From contig CM102287.1 in assembly GCA_046563655.1 (NCBI GenBank), forward strand, positions 4,960,001-5,024,000: a stretch of 64,000 bases of DNA. The letters run 5' to 3'. A model generated the notes under the pieces. It ran no database searches, was not told the DNA's origin, and saw only the letters and a program-made list of their open reading frames with translations. The stretch comes from Yuukianura sp. NJ FZ-2021 (lineage: Eukaryota). A program made the position numbers and the translations under genes. Positions within the stretch are counted from its first letter, which is position 1; the number at the start of each line of letters is the position of its first letter. Below are positions 1 to 13,313 of this stretch, in pieces.

Positions 1-758
1 CAGTGATATCTCCCACAACTGCACACTTTCTCCAACATCTTTATCGGTTCATTTAGGCCACATAATCCCTTCATTCTGTTTTCCTAACGACTCCTTTCAC
101 TGTCCAACAAAACCTCACAAAATGACAACTTCAAAATTTTGAAATTTTGGTCATAATGGTAGAAAACCGAGCTTTTTGGGCCGATGCCAGCGGGAAACTG
201 ACCTCAACTTTTCCTCCACGAGTGGGCACATGCACCTAAAAGAATACTCATTAAAACCAGTAACGAAAACTGTACTAAAAAATTCACTATCCCCAAAGTA
301 CGACATCCGTATTTTCGTTGTCTAATTTCCCCGTCAAATCCTTGCTGTGGCTCTACGTTCTCAAAATTCAAGTCCAACGTCAATCAAACCAAGTAGGAAG
401 AGTTTCTTGTCCCAAATTCAAATTTCAAACGCAACCCGAAACCAGGGCAATGAACGCTCCGCCGGAAAAGCTGTCACGGAACTTACATTTCACTTATATA
501 AGCTACATAGCTTCCGATACCATTCCCATTTTCTCCCACTTCCGCCTCAACTGATCTACAAGATACGGACATCCCAGACACATTTTGACATTTAATGCCA
601 TACTTCCCTTCTTAATCATTTCTAGCTTTCTCGTCCTAATTCCAGTTCCAGGAAATACTAAGTTCTACATCAGTGGAGAAAGTGGTATACAGCCTCATCA
701 GCTCATCCTAAGGACAACACGACAGCGGAATGCGGTTTCTCCTTTAACCTTCTTTGGG

Positions 759-830
759 TCTGTGGTACTGGTGCATAATTAATGAAAGACTGAAACCTCT
801 CTCCCTAATGGATTCTTGTCATGAAACGCC
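759..830. repeat. Paralogous non-coding block A, copy 1 (other at 42306-42375)
   Basis: TCTGTGG..GCATAATTAATG..GAAACCT..TAATGGATTCnTGTCATGnAAC in both copies. Confidence 0.75.
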
Positions 831-1527
831 ATTTCCCTCCATCTTGTCCCAAATCACCAACGACTCACGGGTCAAATGTCATCTTATGACCCAGCTTAAA
901 AACGATTTCCCAGAAGTCATCAGAGAAAGTGCGCAGGTAAGGAGATCCTTATAAAACATTCTCGTCACAACCTGCCCTACTGCTATGGTCTACAGGCAAT
1001 TGCACTTAACCTTCTTTTCGTCTAGCTTAACTTACTCTAACCTTTAACCGACAAAAATTATGTTAACGTGATGTACTCGCTTAGTCCAACTTTCTTCCGC
1101 TTTAAATTCCACCAAAACGAAAATTTTGGAAAAAGTTTCACAGCAATTTCCGTTTTTTAAGAAAATCTGTACGAATCTAAGATTTCCATTCTCATAAAAA
1201 ATCAATTCCAGAGAGAATAAAAACCCTATCAAGTTTTTCTGTACTAAAAAAAGCAGCGTCAACATTGAGCAAACAGAGAAATAAGGACAAAGTAATCCCC
1301 AAGACTTTTCCCCATTTCACTTATTTTTCTTTTCTTAAAAATTCGAATACTTTCTCTCTGGGTAGTATTTGACATATCCAAGTAAAAGACTTCAGGAGCA
1401 ACTTTCCTCTTGAGCCGTAAAGTCAACTTTTGCAGTTGCAGCAGTTGGAGAAAATGGAAAAAGAAAGGAGATAAGAATTTGGGAATGGATGAAGATGAAG
1501 CACTCGCACAGGGACTCTCTATCCAAA

Positions 1528-1614
1528 TCCCATTTCAATTCCAGTCTCTTCTTAATACTTCATCTTAAAAAACTTTCCTCTTCAACTTAATTCCCAAGGA
1601 ATTATTCCAAATTA
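1528..1614. repeat. Paralogous non-coding block B, copy 1 (others at 23169 and 44124)
   Basis: Identical TCCCATTTCAATTCC, followed 60-67 bp later by TAATTCCC(C)AAG(G/A)AATTA..CCAAATT in all three copies. Confidence 0.8.
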
Positions 1615-1973
1615 AGGCCCTCAACCTGCAAAGCACTTGGTGCACTTTCTTAATTCAATTTCTCACTTCCTTGCACACAGGTCCGTAACATGCAAAAGCA
1701 AACTCAATTTGTGTTGCGAAAAAGAAGTGCAACAGATTAGTCAAAGGAGCTTTCACTTCAAAGTAAAATTCATTAGCGTAAACGTTAAACTAGGTTAAAT
1801 AAATAAACTCAAAAATTCAATTTAAAAATTGAACTGTCTTTTTGTTGAGAGGGAACAGACTATTTGCATTCCTGCAGTTCAAGTGGCGTTGGATTCGTTC
1901 TGGTCTAATGTAATACATGTTGAAATTTAGAAAGAACTTACAAACTCAAGAGGAAAAAAAACAGTAAGCTTAC

Positions 1974-2182
1974 CTTAAACAATAGCCACCGTGACAATTC
2001 GAGTTGAAAACCCGAAATTTTGTTGAAAAGTGTTGAAAAAAGACGATGAGCGACGGGCGTTTGGATGTTTTGAAATTTCACTTTTACTGTTCCACTCCGT
2101 ACTAGTACTCGAATCCACAATTGGCATTAGCGGTGCCGTTACTTCAAATTTTTTATTTTCGATTCACTCCAGATGAACATCT
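1974..2182 (-). other. Candidate internal 5'-UTR exon (209 nt)
   Basis: Acceptor TTTTTCAG| at 2183 and donor AAG|GTAAGC at 1974/1973. Local skew inversion relative to the flanking intron-like DNA. Confidence 0.5.
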
Positions 2183-5100
2183 CTGAAAAAATTGCATTCG
2201 TTAAAATCTTAAAAACAAATTTTAAATCTTAAAACAAATCATCTCCTATATTTCAAATTTTGAAATCAAATCCTAAATAATGAGAAGTCAATTTTAACAC
2301 GAAATCCTTTTATGTATGTATGTTTTACTACAACACCAAAACATACAAAAAAGAACAACCGGAAAATCTCGTTATCAAAAAAATCCAAAAACTAGCAACG
2401 CGGGTTTTTGTCAATTTCGTTCGCGTGCCACAAAAACCTTACTCTGTCAAAGTTTCAATTTACAATAACCTACTTTTAACATTACAAAAAAGAGAGGAAA
2501 GTCCAAATTGGTTCTCCCAGAGAAAGTGAAAGCGCAGCAGAAAGGAGCTTGTGGAGGGTCTTCTTTGTGTGGTTTTGATGGTTGTTGTGGTTTTCACTTT
2601 GAATGACTGAAAAGCTATGGGCTTTCATGGGTTCCGTTCCAGGAAAAACTGTCTTGGCCCTTTTTGTGAAAACTCTTTTGTAAATGTTACATTTAAATCC
2701 TCCTATTCATCAATTTCCATGTCAAAACAAGAGTCCAGCATATGTAACCCACAGATCAAAATTTAACTTCAGGACTTTTCTTGTTTGCATGTTCGGTCAA
2801 CTTAAGCATGACATTATGAAATCGATTTGGAGAAAGTTCTAGTAGACACTTTTTCAACAAGACAGTGCAAGCTTTAGTTGATTCGTTGCAAATAAAATCG
2901 TATAGAAAACAAAACATGGCCTGGATCCACGAAAAAACTGACAAGGTTGAAACAAAAGTTTCCCCAGAGGACTTTATGCAACCTAACTGCCAAAATCTCT
3001 CTGGAAATCAATTTCACGCTTTCTCTGTGTTCCTTTCAGTTCCAGAATTCACAAGGCATTTGAAACATTGCTGAATCCTAAAAAGAAAGAAAATCGTACA
3101 ACATATTTGTAACACAATCCCAACAACAGCCTAACGTAAACAAGCATAAAACTAAACTAACCAACATATGATTATAAAACTTGATCATATAAATTCTGCC
3201 GACCATTTCATCGAAAGAACTTATAAACTTTGATTTCCTTGCAATGCGAGAAATTAATTTTTCTAAACAACGTTAAACAAAATATTTAACGTCCGTTAAG
3301 GTTACTTTCCCGTAACTTAAAATTTTGGAAATTTATTCGCCTTATCACCTTTCACCTTCTAGTTCAAAATTAGAATTCAAAATCAGAGGTGCCCATTGAC
3401 TGAAATGTGTTGCAACTAGCCTCCTGTCAATGGAGCCGTAACAGTCGCCATAAAAAAAGAGAAAGTGTAGTTTGTGACCTAGCCAACTGTTCTGCGCCAA
3501 TAAAGTTTCAGACATCGGGTTTCGTCTACAATTCTGCTGACGCCTCAATCCGTACCACTTTCCCTATCCGTCTTTTCACAGTATGAATTCGTACTCCAAG
3601 AAAGAAGTTCACTGCCTCATACAATCTCTCTGTTCACTCTCTTTCTTTCCAAAAACGAGCATGAAAATTCTTTTAGTTAGTCCCGTTTCAACCAAAACCG
3701 AAGCGGCGATAACGCAGACGCAACGCAAATGGTTTTTCAGAGTACAACTTTCTCCTTTCCTTGCAATCGAGACCTGTTACACCTCAAGCTTAAGGGTAAT
3801 CCACTATGGCGCTTTTTAAAATTACGGGAAACAGCGATTTCCTCGTTTTTTCCCCATTTTCCGATTTCGAGAGAATTTGCTAAAACATTCCAATCGAGAA
3901 AAAAAGTGTTCCTAACTTGAAATTTTTTTGCGAACTTCGAGCCTCGTGTTTGAGTTTCAAAAAATTAGTTATGTGAAAGTAGTTTTTTCTGAAAGAATCT
4001 TGACACGAATTGTCTCAACTTTTCAAGATTTTCAAAAAAGAAAAGTAAGTCGTGAATATTTTTTAGGACAAAATGAGCAAAGTTGAGATGAAAAGAGCTC
4101 AAGATGTAAAAAATTTCTTCCGTTCCCTTCAAGTCATGAAAGTGAACATCAATCTCACTTACAAAGCTACCAAAAACTTTACTTTGTGAATGCAACTGTC
4201 AGCACCTCCTTTCACTTTCTCCTCGTAGTTTTTGCACTGTTTAACAAGTGGATGAAACCTCCCTCCCCCCTGCTAAGGGCCATTTCAAAAATTGGATCCA
4301 GGAAAACTTTTATTTTAAAAGAATTGTTTAATAATAAAAGAAGACATCAACATACTACGGAGATTGTAACGGAGAAAGTTGGGAGCTCCAGGCACTCTAA
4401 CCTACATCTTGGAAAATGAAAGTGTTTTGGACATGTGGGACCAATTTCCCGTCATTCCAAACAGCGTTGTTAAAAGTCAAGACATGGCGCAGCACGAAAC
4501 CTACTTTCTTTAATTAAAAAAACCGCTCTCAGAATGCGGGGCTCCAAAAAAGACGAAAGCTTTCATACTACAACAGAAAATTTTAACGCACAAACTTGAA
4601 GTGATGCGCTTGCATCCCGTCTTTTAAAAAAATGCGTAGCCTTAAGGACAAATGCCCACTAAAACTACAACCCAGGTTGCTGACTTTTTCCAATTCACTC
4701 AATTCCACTCAAAGCAGAACAAAATTTGCAGCAAATCTAAAATCCCCGTCAAAATTGTGCGAAACTTTAAAAAGGTTCTGCTGGTTTACACCTTAAGTAT
4801 TTAATTCAGCTCGCCAAAACATTAGTTTTTTATTCGTTTTGGCAACAAAAACAAAGCAGAAAATGAATCTTACAGGATGTACGTACAAATTAAATACAAT
4901 TACGCTTGACATGTAGTTTGTGCTACGATTACGAAGCACTTTCTTATCCAAAAGATTCACTGCCTCCAAGGAAGCCATAAATAATGCCAACTGAGCACAC
5001 AAAAAAAACCTAAAACCCAAAAAATTCTTTTCATTTCGCAATTTTCTTTGGGAAATTCATCAAAAACCATGTTTTTGCTTTCACTACCCCCGCAGTAAAA

Positions 5101-8100
5101 ATCCTGTAAAAAAAGAGGCCAACGGTCCTTATCGAAATAATTTCAGATGAAAAAACTGTCAATTCGAACGAAACTACCGATAAATCCCGAAAAATCAAAA
5201 AAAAAAATATCTATACTTCAATCCAGTGCAGGTCCCATTTTCCAACAAACTTTAAAAACACTACGTAACAACTACTATGAACTATACGAAGTCTACTCTG
5301 TTCTATATATTAGTTCACCCATCATCGCACCAATTTATATAATTTATTATCGTGCCAAATATAATACAGAATTTATAAATATCGAATAAAGGGGGTGAGA
5401 TCGTGCTGACACCAGATTGAAATTTATTGTGAAACGAAACCCGGAAAAAGCAAAAAAGGAGCATAACTTAGCACATTTTGGAATTAAGATTTATGCCCAC
5501 TCGCACCCAAAATCCCGACATTTTTGTCCTCTACTCTCGGATATTGCCGATTTCAACTTTTCAAAAGCAAAACGCATTTTTGCAAACCCGCAAATTCAAA
5601 AATTCAGGAAACTTATCCGTAACCAGTTTTTTTTCGATCTAAGCAAGGTTCAGCTTCCCATCCAATTCCATTTGTGGAAAACATCCAATCGTGTTTCGAC
5701 TCCTGTTCAATTATTCACAAATTGGCTACACTTAGCATTTCTACTCAGAACACAAAAACAAACTGCTCTTTCTCTCTGTCCCAAGTGAAAGTCACCGTCT
5801 CATTGTTTAACCCAAGAAAAGCAGTGGAGAAAGTGGAAATTTAAATTTTCTTTAAACAAAATTCATTTTATAAACATTTTCCTTCTCCCACCAAAAATAG
5901 CCCCAGGGCGCGACAAAATTAAAGTTGATCTTCTACTTCGCTTCTACTTCTCCCGCCAAAAATCTTTCTTCTCTAACCAAAGAAAACAGGATCATGTTTC
6001 TCATGCTCAATATTTCACACTTATCATTCATCTTAATACACCATCATCTTGTTCAGCATAAGTTGACTTTCACCAAACACAAAAAACATCTCGTACACAC
6101 TTATGAATTATTTACAGCTCACCACAAAACATCATACGCATGATACTAATACCCAAAATTCCCCGCATTTTTGGTAAACAAAAACAAAGTCGCAAGTATA
6201 CACAGTTTGGTTGTACTTCAGAAAAAATTGTAGTGAAAACACCCCCTACGACGAATAACGAAAAACTGGAAAGAGAAAGTAGGAACCTAGCAACAAAAAT
6301 AAGTAAACCAATATCCAAACTTTTTCCATTTCAATTCCAATTTTCAATAAAAACTGTTTTTCTTTCAAACTCTTCTTATGTTTCCTCACAACTGCAAAAG
6401 ATCCAAAGGACAAAGTTGATTATAGAGAAAAGAACAGTTTCCAAGCACCATTTACGCTCAAAAGACCTTCTCAGAATGGGCTCATCATCTAACTTAACTT
6501 TCCCAAAAATAGCAGTCATATCTAAATCTAATAAAAAAAAAATTTGAAGAAAACTAATAAAGAAAAAAATACTTCTGCCAAACATTAAGTTAGAACAGAA
6601 GGATTTTTCTTCTAATTCCGATAAAATCACCGGAAAAAGTATACTTCGTAATAGGAACCAAAATATAGAAAAACGAAGGTGAATAAAAAGTTCAGAGTCA
6701 GACATCCAAAAATTTTGGAAATCAAAATTCCGCATTACATATTCATAGAAAAAGTGAAAAGTTCAACAAAAGAACCCAACACTTGGTCCACCACAAAACT
6801 TTCACTCTACTTTTCCCAATGAATTAATTTGCAGTTCCACACCGTTCTCACGCAATCGCCTCGCTTCCTATTCTTTCCATGCCCACGCAAACTAACTATT
6901 TCAACTTCTCGCCCAGAAATAGATTTTATTTCAATTCAGTTTATGTTGGAAAAGAATGTGAACTTTTTTTTCTTCGTTGAAGTGGAAGATGAAATGCTTT
7001 TTGTTCGTTTTCTAGTAGTAGAAGGCGGAAGTTCTAAAGAAAACGCCAAAGACAGCACAAACGTGATGAGAATCCCTCAGAAGGTCAAAATTCTAACATC
7101 AAATCATAGCTGCACAAAGTTCGAAGAACGCACAAACTTCCGGACGTAAAAAGCATTTCAGGTAGAAAACTGACCAGAGTTCGAAACATAGACGCTTCTC
7201 GTCATGAGCATCACAGGTCATTCCAAGCTTGGTCTTAAAAACCGTCCATCTCACAAAAGGCATAAAAAATATCGTAGCATTTCATCAGTTCCGAATCAGA
7301 TTTCGCTCGAAACCAAAATCCGGAGATCGGGAAGCGGCTTTGCCTTTACGCAGAAGGCTTAACGAGAAATATGACCAAATTAAAATCACTTTTGGCAAAA
7401 TTTAGCATAACCTAATCCCTTTAAAACTATTCCAAATGCCTAAAAACGTAAAATCCGGCCAACATAACCTAATCTTAAATCTAACCTTTAGTCAAGCTAT
7501 TTAAACAACTACTATAAAAGAAAGTTATTATTGCAAAATTTATCACGACTTAGCCAGATTTAAATAGTAATAAAACACTACCGTTTAAAATTAATCGCAT
7601 CATCTCTCATTTCCAAAATTTTGAAACCAACGCTACTAACCTAATTCCAAAAACAAAAACCGTACACCATAACTTTTTCTCAAATACCGTGAACATGCAT
7701 TTTCCATTTCAGTTTTCCTTTTTTGCACCTTTCACTCCAGCTTTTTCCTTTCTAACAAAATATCCGGATCTAATCAGGCCTAATCAGCTCCGCGCAGTTG
7801 CAGTTGACGTGTGATCTGTAAATAAATTATTTTAGCCCTTAGCCGTAGCTTTTCTTCTAATGGAATTTCCTTTCACTCGGCATAACAAGAAAAGAACTTG
7901 ATTTTACTTATTCAAGACATGGAACTGTGCAAGTCCAAAATGCATGGAACCATTAATACCCGTCCTAAGTCTCAGTCCCTGTCTAGAGTCCTTAAGTTAT
8001 CGTGCCCCTGTCTACTTTTCATCTCCCTAAAACTCAACTCCCATAGCCTAACAATACAGTTTCATAGCACAAATAGCGCAAAACAACACAAACAGCGTGC

Positions 8101-11100
8101 ATAAAGTACTAACACGTCAACTTAATTAGCTCATTCTCCCGTCATTCTCACGATTTCTCTTCAAAATAATATTGCATACAATCAAGAAAACCTAACTGAA
8201 CGCACAATAAAAGAATTTCATTTCCCCACAGAAAAGAACTTTCTCCCCTAAGAAATGTTTTCGGGTGAAAGTGAATTACATAGATTTTTGAAACTGTTAG
8301 CACAGCCAGTGGTAAAACCAGACTTTGATAACCACGCAAACACAGTTGTAAAAAAAAATTCAAAGAAAAGACCACATCTACGCGGTTGTTCTCCCGTCTT
8401 GTTTTGAAAAATGCGGTCTCAACTTCTGTTCCTGAACAGAGATGGATGGAAACATTGGACATGATGTTTGCACGCACTTTCACTAGGGATTTGGCTAACC
8501 AAAGAATGAAACTTTCTCTTTCGGTTTCTTCGGAGGCAGGTCATGTCAAGAGAGGGGCGGGAAGCCAACGGTTGAAGGGCCTTTGACAACAGGGTATTAA
8601 GGAAGTTGTTCAAAAATCTCAAAGAGTTCCCATAAATCATATCCGAGAGTTGGAAGTACACGACAGGCATGCAAAACTCTTGACCTCTCTCGTGCTGAGA
8701 CTAAAAAGTCTTTTGTGACCACTACAATGTTAAATATATGGGCTAATAATAAGCAAAAAAAGCAATATTTCAGAACACGAGCTAAGGGTCATTCCGGTCC
8801 TGCTGAGTCTCAAGTTGGCACCTTAAAATTTATCGCTACTATTCTGAGCATTGCATTCTGAATAGGTTAGGCTACTAACCTAATATTAGCCTAACCTTAT
8901 TCTAATGAGGGCATTAAGGATCACCTAACAATCGAATGACTTATGACGAGTCACAAAACACGCATTGCAGTAATTTTTTTTTTGCAAGCATAAACACATT
9001 CAGTAACTAACGTTTTTAAATTATGCAATTTAAAGACCTGCAGTAAAAAAATTCAAAACACACAATTTTTTTGAAACTAAAAAAACATCGTCGAATTTCA
9101 AATGTGTTTTAAAACTATATAGCTTTTACCTTCTGGAATTCCACCCCAGTAGCAATTTCAAAACCGCAAATTGTGCAAAATTTGTGTACTTAATTCACAC
9201 AAAAAGTCAATAATTAAACAACCCTTCGTGTTAATTAACCGTTCACTTTCACTTTGAGGCCGCTCGCTTTCTCCAACCAATTTGTCCGTTTCAAACTTAA
9301 CGTCTGAAGTTTAAAATGCAAGTTAGCAGCATCCACCCGCATTGAACAGTTCCAGATTTATTCTGATTTTTAAAAAAATCACATTTCAATGTAGACTTTC
9401 ACCGGATTCCACTTCACAGGGTTTTGACCAGTAGCAACTTTGTTTCAAACTGGGAGTCTCTGAGCCAAAACTACCGCCAAAAATACTGAACCTAGGCAAA
9501 ACTACTGCAGCGCGGGAGCCGAAATTCTTTGTGGTGCTGGTGGTGGTTGTGGTTTTGGTAGAGTGAGAGTCAGGGCTCTGGATGATTTGATTTCGGAGAA
9601 AGTCAGTGGAGAAAGTAGAGGCAGAGCAAACCCTTTGTAGTGCTTCTCTTTCTCTCCTACCACCGTAATTTCCCACATGTCCAGAAATAGGGGCTAACAA
9701 AGTAGCAGCAGAGGAGCAAGTAGTGGAAATCCAACCAAGAGAACAAGAAAAAAATTCAACTTAAAAGTCCTACTTTAACTTTTAGCTTCCAACTTCCCTC
9801 AGCCCTCATGCCAAATGAAAACGTTCAAATGAAATCCTCTGACAATTCCCTGGATGAGACTCAGCTCAACTGGAAAGAATTCAAGGAACTGCGGATCAAC
9901 ATCAAAGCAAAGACCCAGACACAATCCTCTGTCTGCTATCTGCGCAATCTCCTCAAAATGGAGCACCAAAAACCAAACCAGCAGCACAGACATTCAAAAC
10001 GTATCTTTGAGATCCTATGGATCCTGTGTCTCGCTTGCCATACACATTTCAAATACTTTCCAGTAGCCGTGTTTTCCCGCTTTCTCTTCTACTTTGAATG
10101 CTGAATGAAGGCGTATCATGCGTAAGGGACGTTCATGAATAAGGTGAAAGTGCTACAGTTCACTTCATTCGCATTGAACCCCGTCCTCTATTGTGTTCCG
10201 TTGCTCTTTGATTTGAACCTTTGTGCTCTGTAACTTTGGCGGGAGTTGATGAATTGGTCCATTGTCCTATTGTCAGGCCACTTTATTGACCCCCCCCCCT
10301 TCACTAAGGGGGGGGGGGTCGGAAAGTAACCCCCAGCTAGCCCCCAATGTGTAAGTGCCTAATAATAGTTAGATACTGATTATGAATATTAAAAAAAAGG
10401 TTTGGTTTGGGGTGCGTAGTGGTTTTCGCGGGAAAGTCAAGAAAAGTACGCCTTAATTCAAAAGTAAAAGCAGCCTGCGAGTGCTTTCCCCTGCGGTTGT
10501 CTTCTGTTTTCAGTAAAAGCGGCAACAACCTTTTGTATAGTTGACTACTTTAGGTTAGGTTTTACTTCAGTCTAATTGAGAAACATAGTTTGAGTTCTCC
10601 TTTCCTTGGGATAATTGGAGCATGAAATGAAAGTGCCATAACTTTCTCTATTGAAAATACAAAGGGAAACCCTTCACCACTTTCTCCTCTCAAACTTCAA
10701 ACTACGAATTGAAACAACAAACGCAATTAGGAAAATAACTTTAGGAGAAACCAAATTCAAAGCCTTTCTCCCCAAAGCATTATTATTTCTAGGCGGTCTC
10801 TCTTATTACTTGACTAAAACTCCTGTTTTGTAAACTTTAAAATGAAAATAGCCTAACATAAACTTAAAAGGGAAACTAAACCCAAAGGAAAAGTTTCAAC
10901 GGAAAAACCTAAGCCAAAGTCCTCACAAAACTTATGATTTATAATTCTTCCGCTGTATCTTTTCATTTTCTCGGAGCCGCAAGCTATTCTCACGTTACCC
11001 CAAACCCCAAAATTCATAGAAAAGTTAAACTTAGGCTTCCGCCTGCTTCTGCAACTGACATTAGAGAAAGTTGGACGTCAAGAATTGTAAGTCACTGAAA

Positions 11101-12279
11101 AAGCTCAGCTGGAATTACGTGACTTTTCCTTCTCCTATTTTTTTACCTAATCTAAAGACGGTCTCTCTAGTTCCTACTCCAAACGAAAACGTCACAAAAC
11201 GCAAAGTCACAAACGCACAAAGGTCCATATCTCCAACTTTGAACTTTCATTTTTGGAATTTTCTTTTTCAAAAAAACAACCAAATTTCAAGTGAGCCAAA
11301 ACAAACAATCATTTCCACAAATTATACTGCACTTTCTCCAAAAAAGAAGCCACAACTCTAAAAATGAAAATTGAAAAAGGAAAGTAAACATGTTCTTTTC
11401 ATCTCTCCAGCTCAAAATTTAAAATTTGAAATTTTTCAAACGAAATATCATACTGCCCATTCCATTTTCCTCTCCCTGACTACATGAAGTCATGATCTTC
11501 TGCCCTGAATCCTCTTGACATTTTCTTTCAAAGTCATTTTTGTCGGTCGTGAGGACCAGGACAGAAGGACTTTCATTTCATTTAATTTCTTCTTCCCTTG
11601 TGGCCATTTTCTTCCAACTTATTCTTAAAAGGCACAAGAAGAAGACCCCGCATTCCCCTTGACTTAATGAAATTTTTCTTTACGTTTAACCTCCTCTACT
11701 TACTTTCTCCGGTTTCAAAAAAAGGAACAAAAAATTTCCTGATTCCCATTTCACATTCTTCTTCCTCTGGTTACCCAAATCTACCTCCGGGCATACGCAA
11801 AGTAAAACTTCCTCATCAGTATTTTTTTGCGAAAAAGAAAACAAAGAGCAGGGAAAAAAGTAACTTTCTCCAACAAGTTAAAACTAAGCTTCCCATAAAA
11901 CATTTTCTCATTTCTATTTCTGTCCGAGACAAAAATAGGAAGTCGAAAGGAGCAAAATAGCACAGGAAATCACTCCCTCCCTCACAAAAAAAAACCTTAC
12001 ATAATGTAGCTACATCAAAATGTCAATTTTTAACTAAGCTTTCTCTGAATAAATTCCTGTGAAACAACAACAGAGTTCGACTCCAGTAAAACCAACAAAG
12101 AACTTGATCGTAAGCAACAGTTTAGTTCAACATCTAAATTTTTGTGAAAACTTTCTTTTTACCGAGAATTTCATTTAAAATTTTAGTCAAAACTTTAGCT
12201 TAATCCCTGAATTTTATCGGAGTTTTTGCAATCAAAGTTCTAAATCTTGCGTAGCAATTCGTTTTCCCTACCGAAAAGT

Positions 12280-13313
12280 AAATTGACACATTTTCAGTTG
12301 AGGTTCTTTCCGTCCCTGAGAGAAAGTGGATTTGTGAGGTTAGGAGAGGGATTTCAGGGTTCCTGATTTATGTCATTCCCTCTGCTTCCGCTTTCTCTTC
12401 CACCACAACCATTTCCAACCAAATACCAAAAACCTATTTCATTTGCCTTTTGCATTTAGTCGAAGAGGTCGTGAGGTCGAGAGCTGGAACTTGATTTCTC
12501 TTTTGAATTTTCGCCTCCAATTCCACGACATCCATGAATTCAGTGGATTTTTGAGTCAGACTTTCTGACTCAAAAATCTGCATTCATTTTCACTTTCACC
12601 ATAACGTAAACTGAACCCTCCCATAAAAAGAACTAATTAATGTCAACAAAGGAAAACCAGAAACACTTAAATTAATTTCCAGGAAAATCAAAAAGGACAT
12701 GAAAGTGAAACTGAACCATGCTTTTGCAAAACTAAATTTTTTAAAGAAACCTCATAACTTACGCCCAAATCAAACTTTCTGCTATACTCCAAAATTTATG
12801 CTCCCAATTGGATTCGAACGACTTTCTCCACCTCCCAAACTCTCAAGAGACATGGAAACGACGACCGTTTTAATTAAATGTCCATAATTCATATGGATCA
12901 TAAAACCTGCACTTTCATTACTACCATACGAAGTTCCACTAATCCATGAAAAGCTAACAAAACATTCCAGAAATTCTTCTCAAAACTTTCTCCATTGAGA
13001 GCACAATGGCCTCCAAGGTCGCTTGCAAAAACCACCAATTCGGCACGACTCACTAAAAACGCAATTTTTTTTGTCTCATAAAAATGTGCCTTTGAAAAAA
13101 ATATTCACCACTTTTCTTTTTCTTTCGATTCTACTGCCAAGTACAAGTCCAATGCATTGAAAATGCTCCGTTGATTGAATCGGAGGAAAGAAAAAAAAAA
13201 AACATAATACCTTGTCGAACTTCGAACTTTTTTAACTTTCCCTTCTATTTTTCCTCCATTTTCACTTTGATGGTGGGAGTAACTTTGGATTTAATGTTTC
13301 CCTAGTGAGAATC
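12280..13313. repeat. Paralogous non-coding module C-D-G, copy 1 (others at ~16855-17455 and ~28271-29590)
   Basis: AAAnTGACACATTTTC, AAAGTGGATTTGTGAGGTTAG, TGATTT(T)ATGTCATTCC, AATTGGATTC, CGTTTTAATTAAATGnCCATAAnTCAnATGGnTCATAAAACC and GTAnCTTTG..TTAATG occur in the same order as at 28.3-29.6 kb. Confidence 0.8.

Noticed and set aside
806..830. Shared SLMDSCH peptide in ORFs 754-954 and 42245-42460 as duplicated coding exons
   Set aside because: The flanking cores are separated by variable-length gaps, with no matching splice sites or wider protein similarity; treated as non-coding block A.
10550..10562. TTAGGTTAGGTT as an interstitial telomere
   Set aside because: Only ~2 units here and at similar spots (e.g. 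28054); too short to call a telomeric array.
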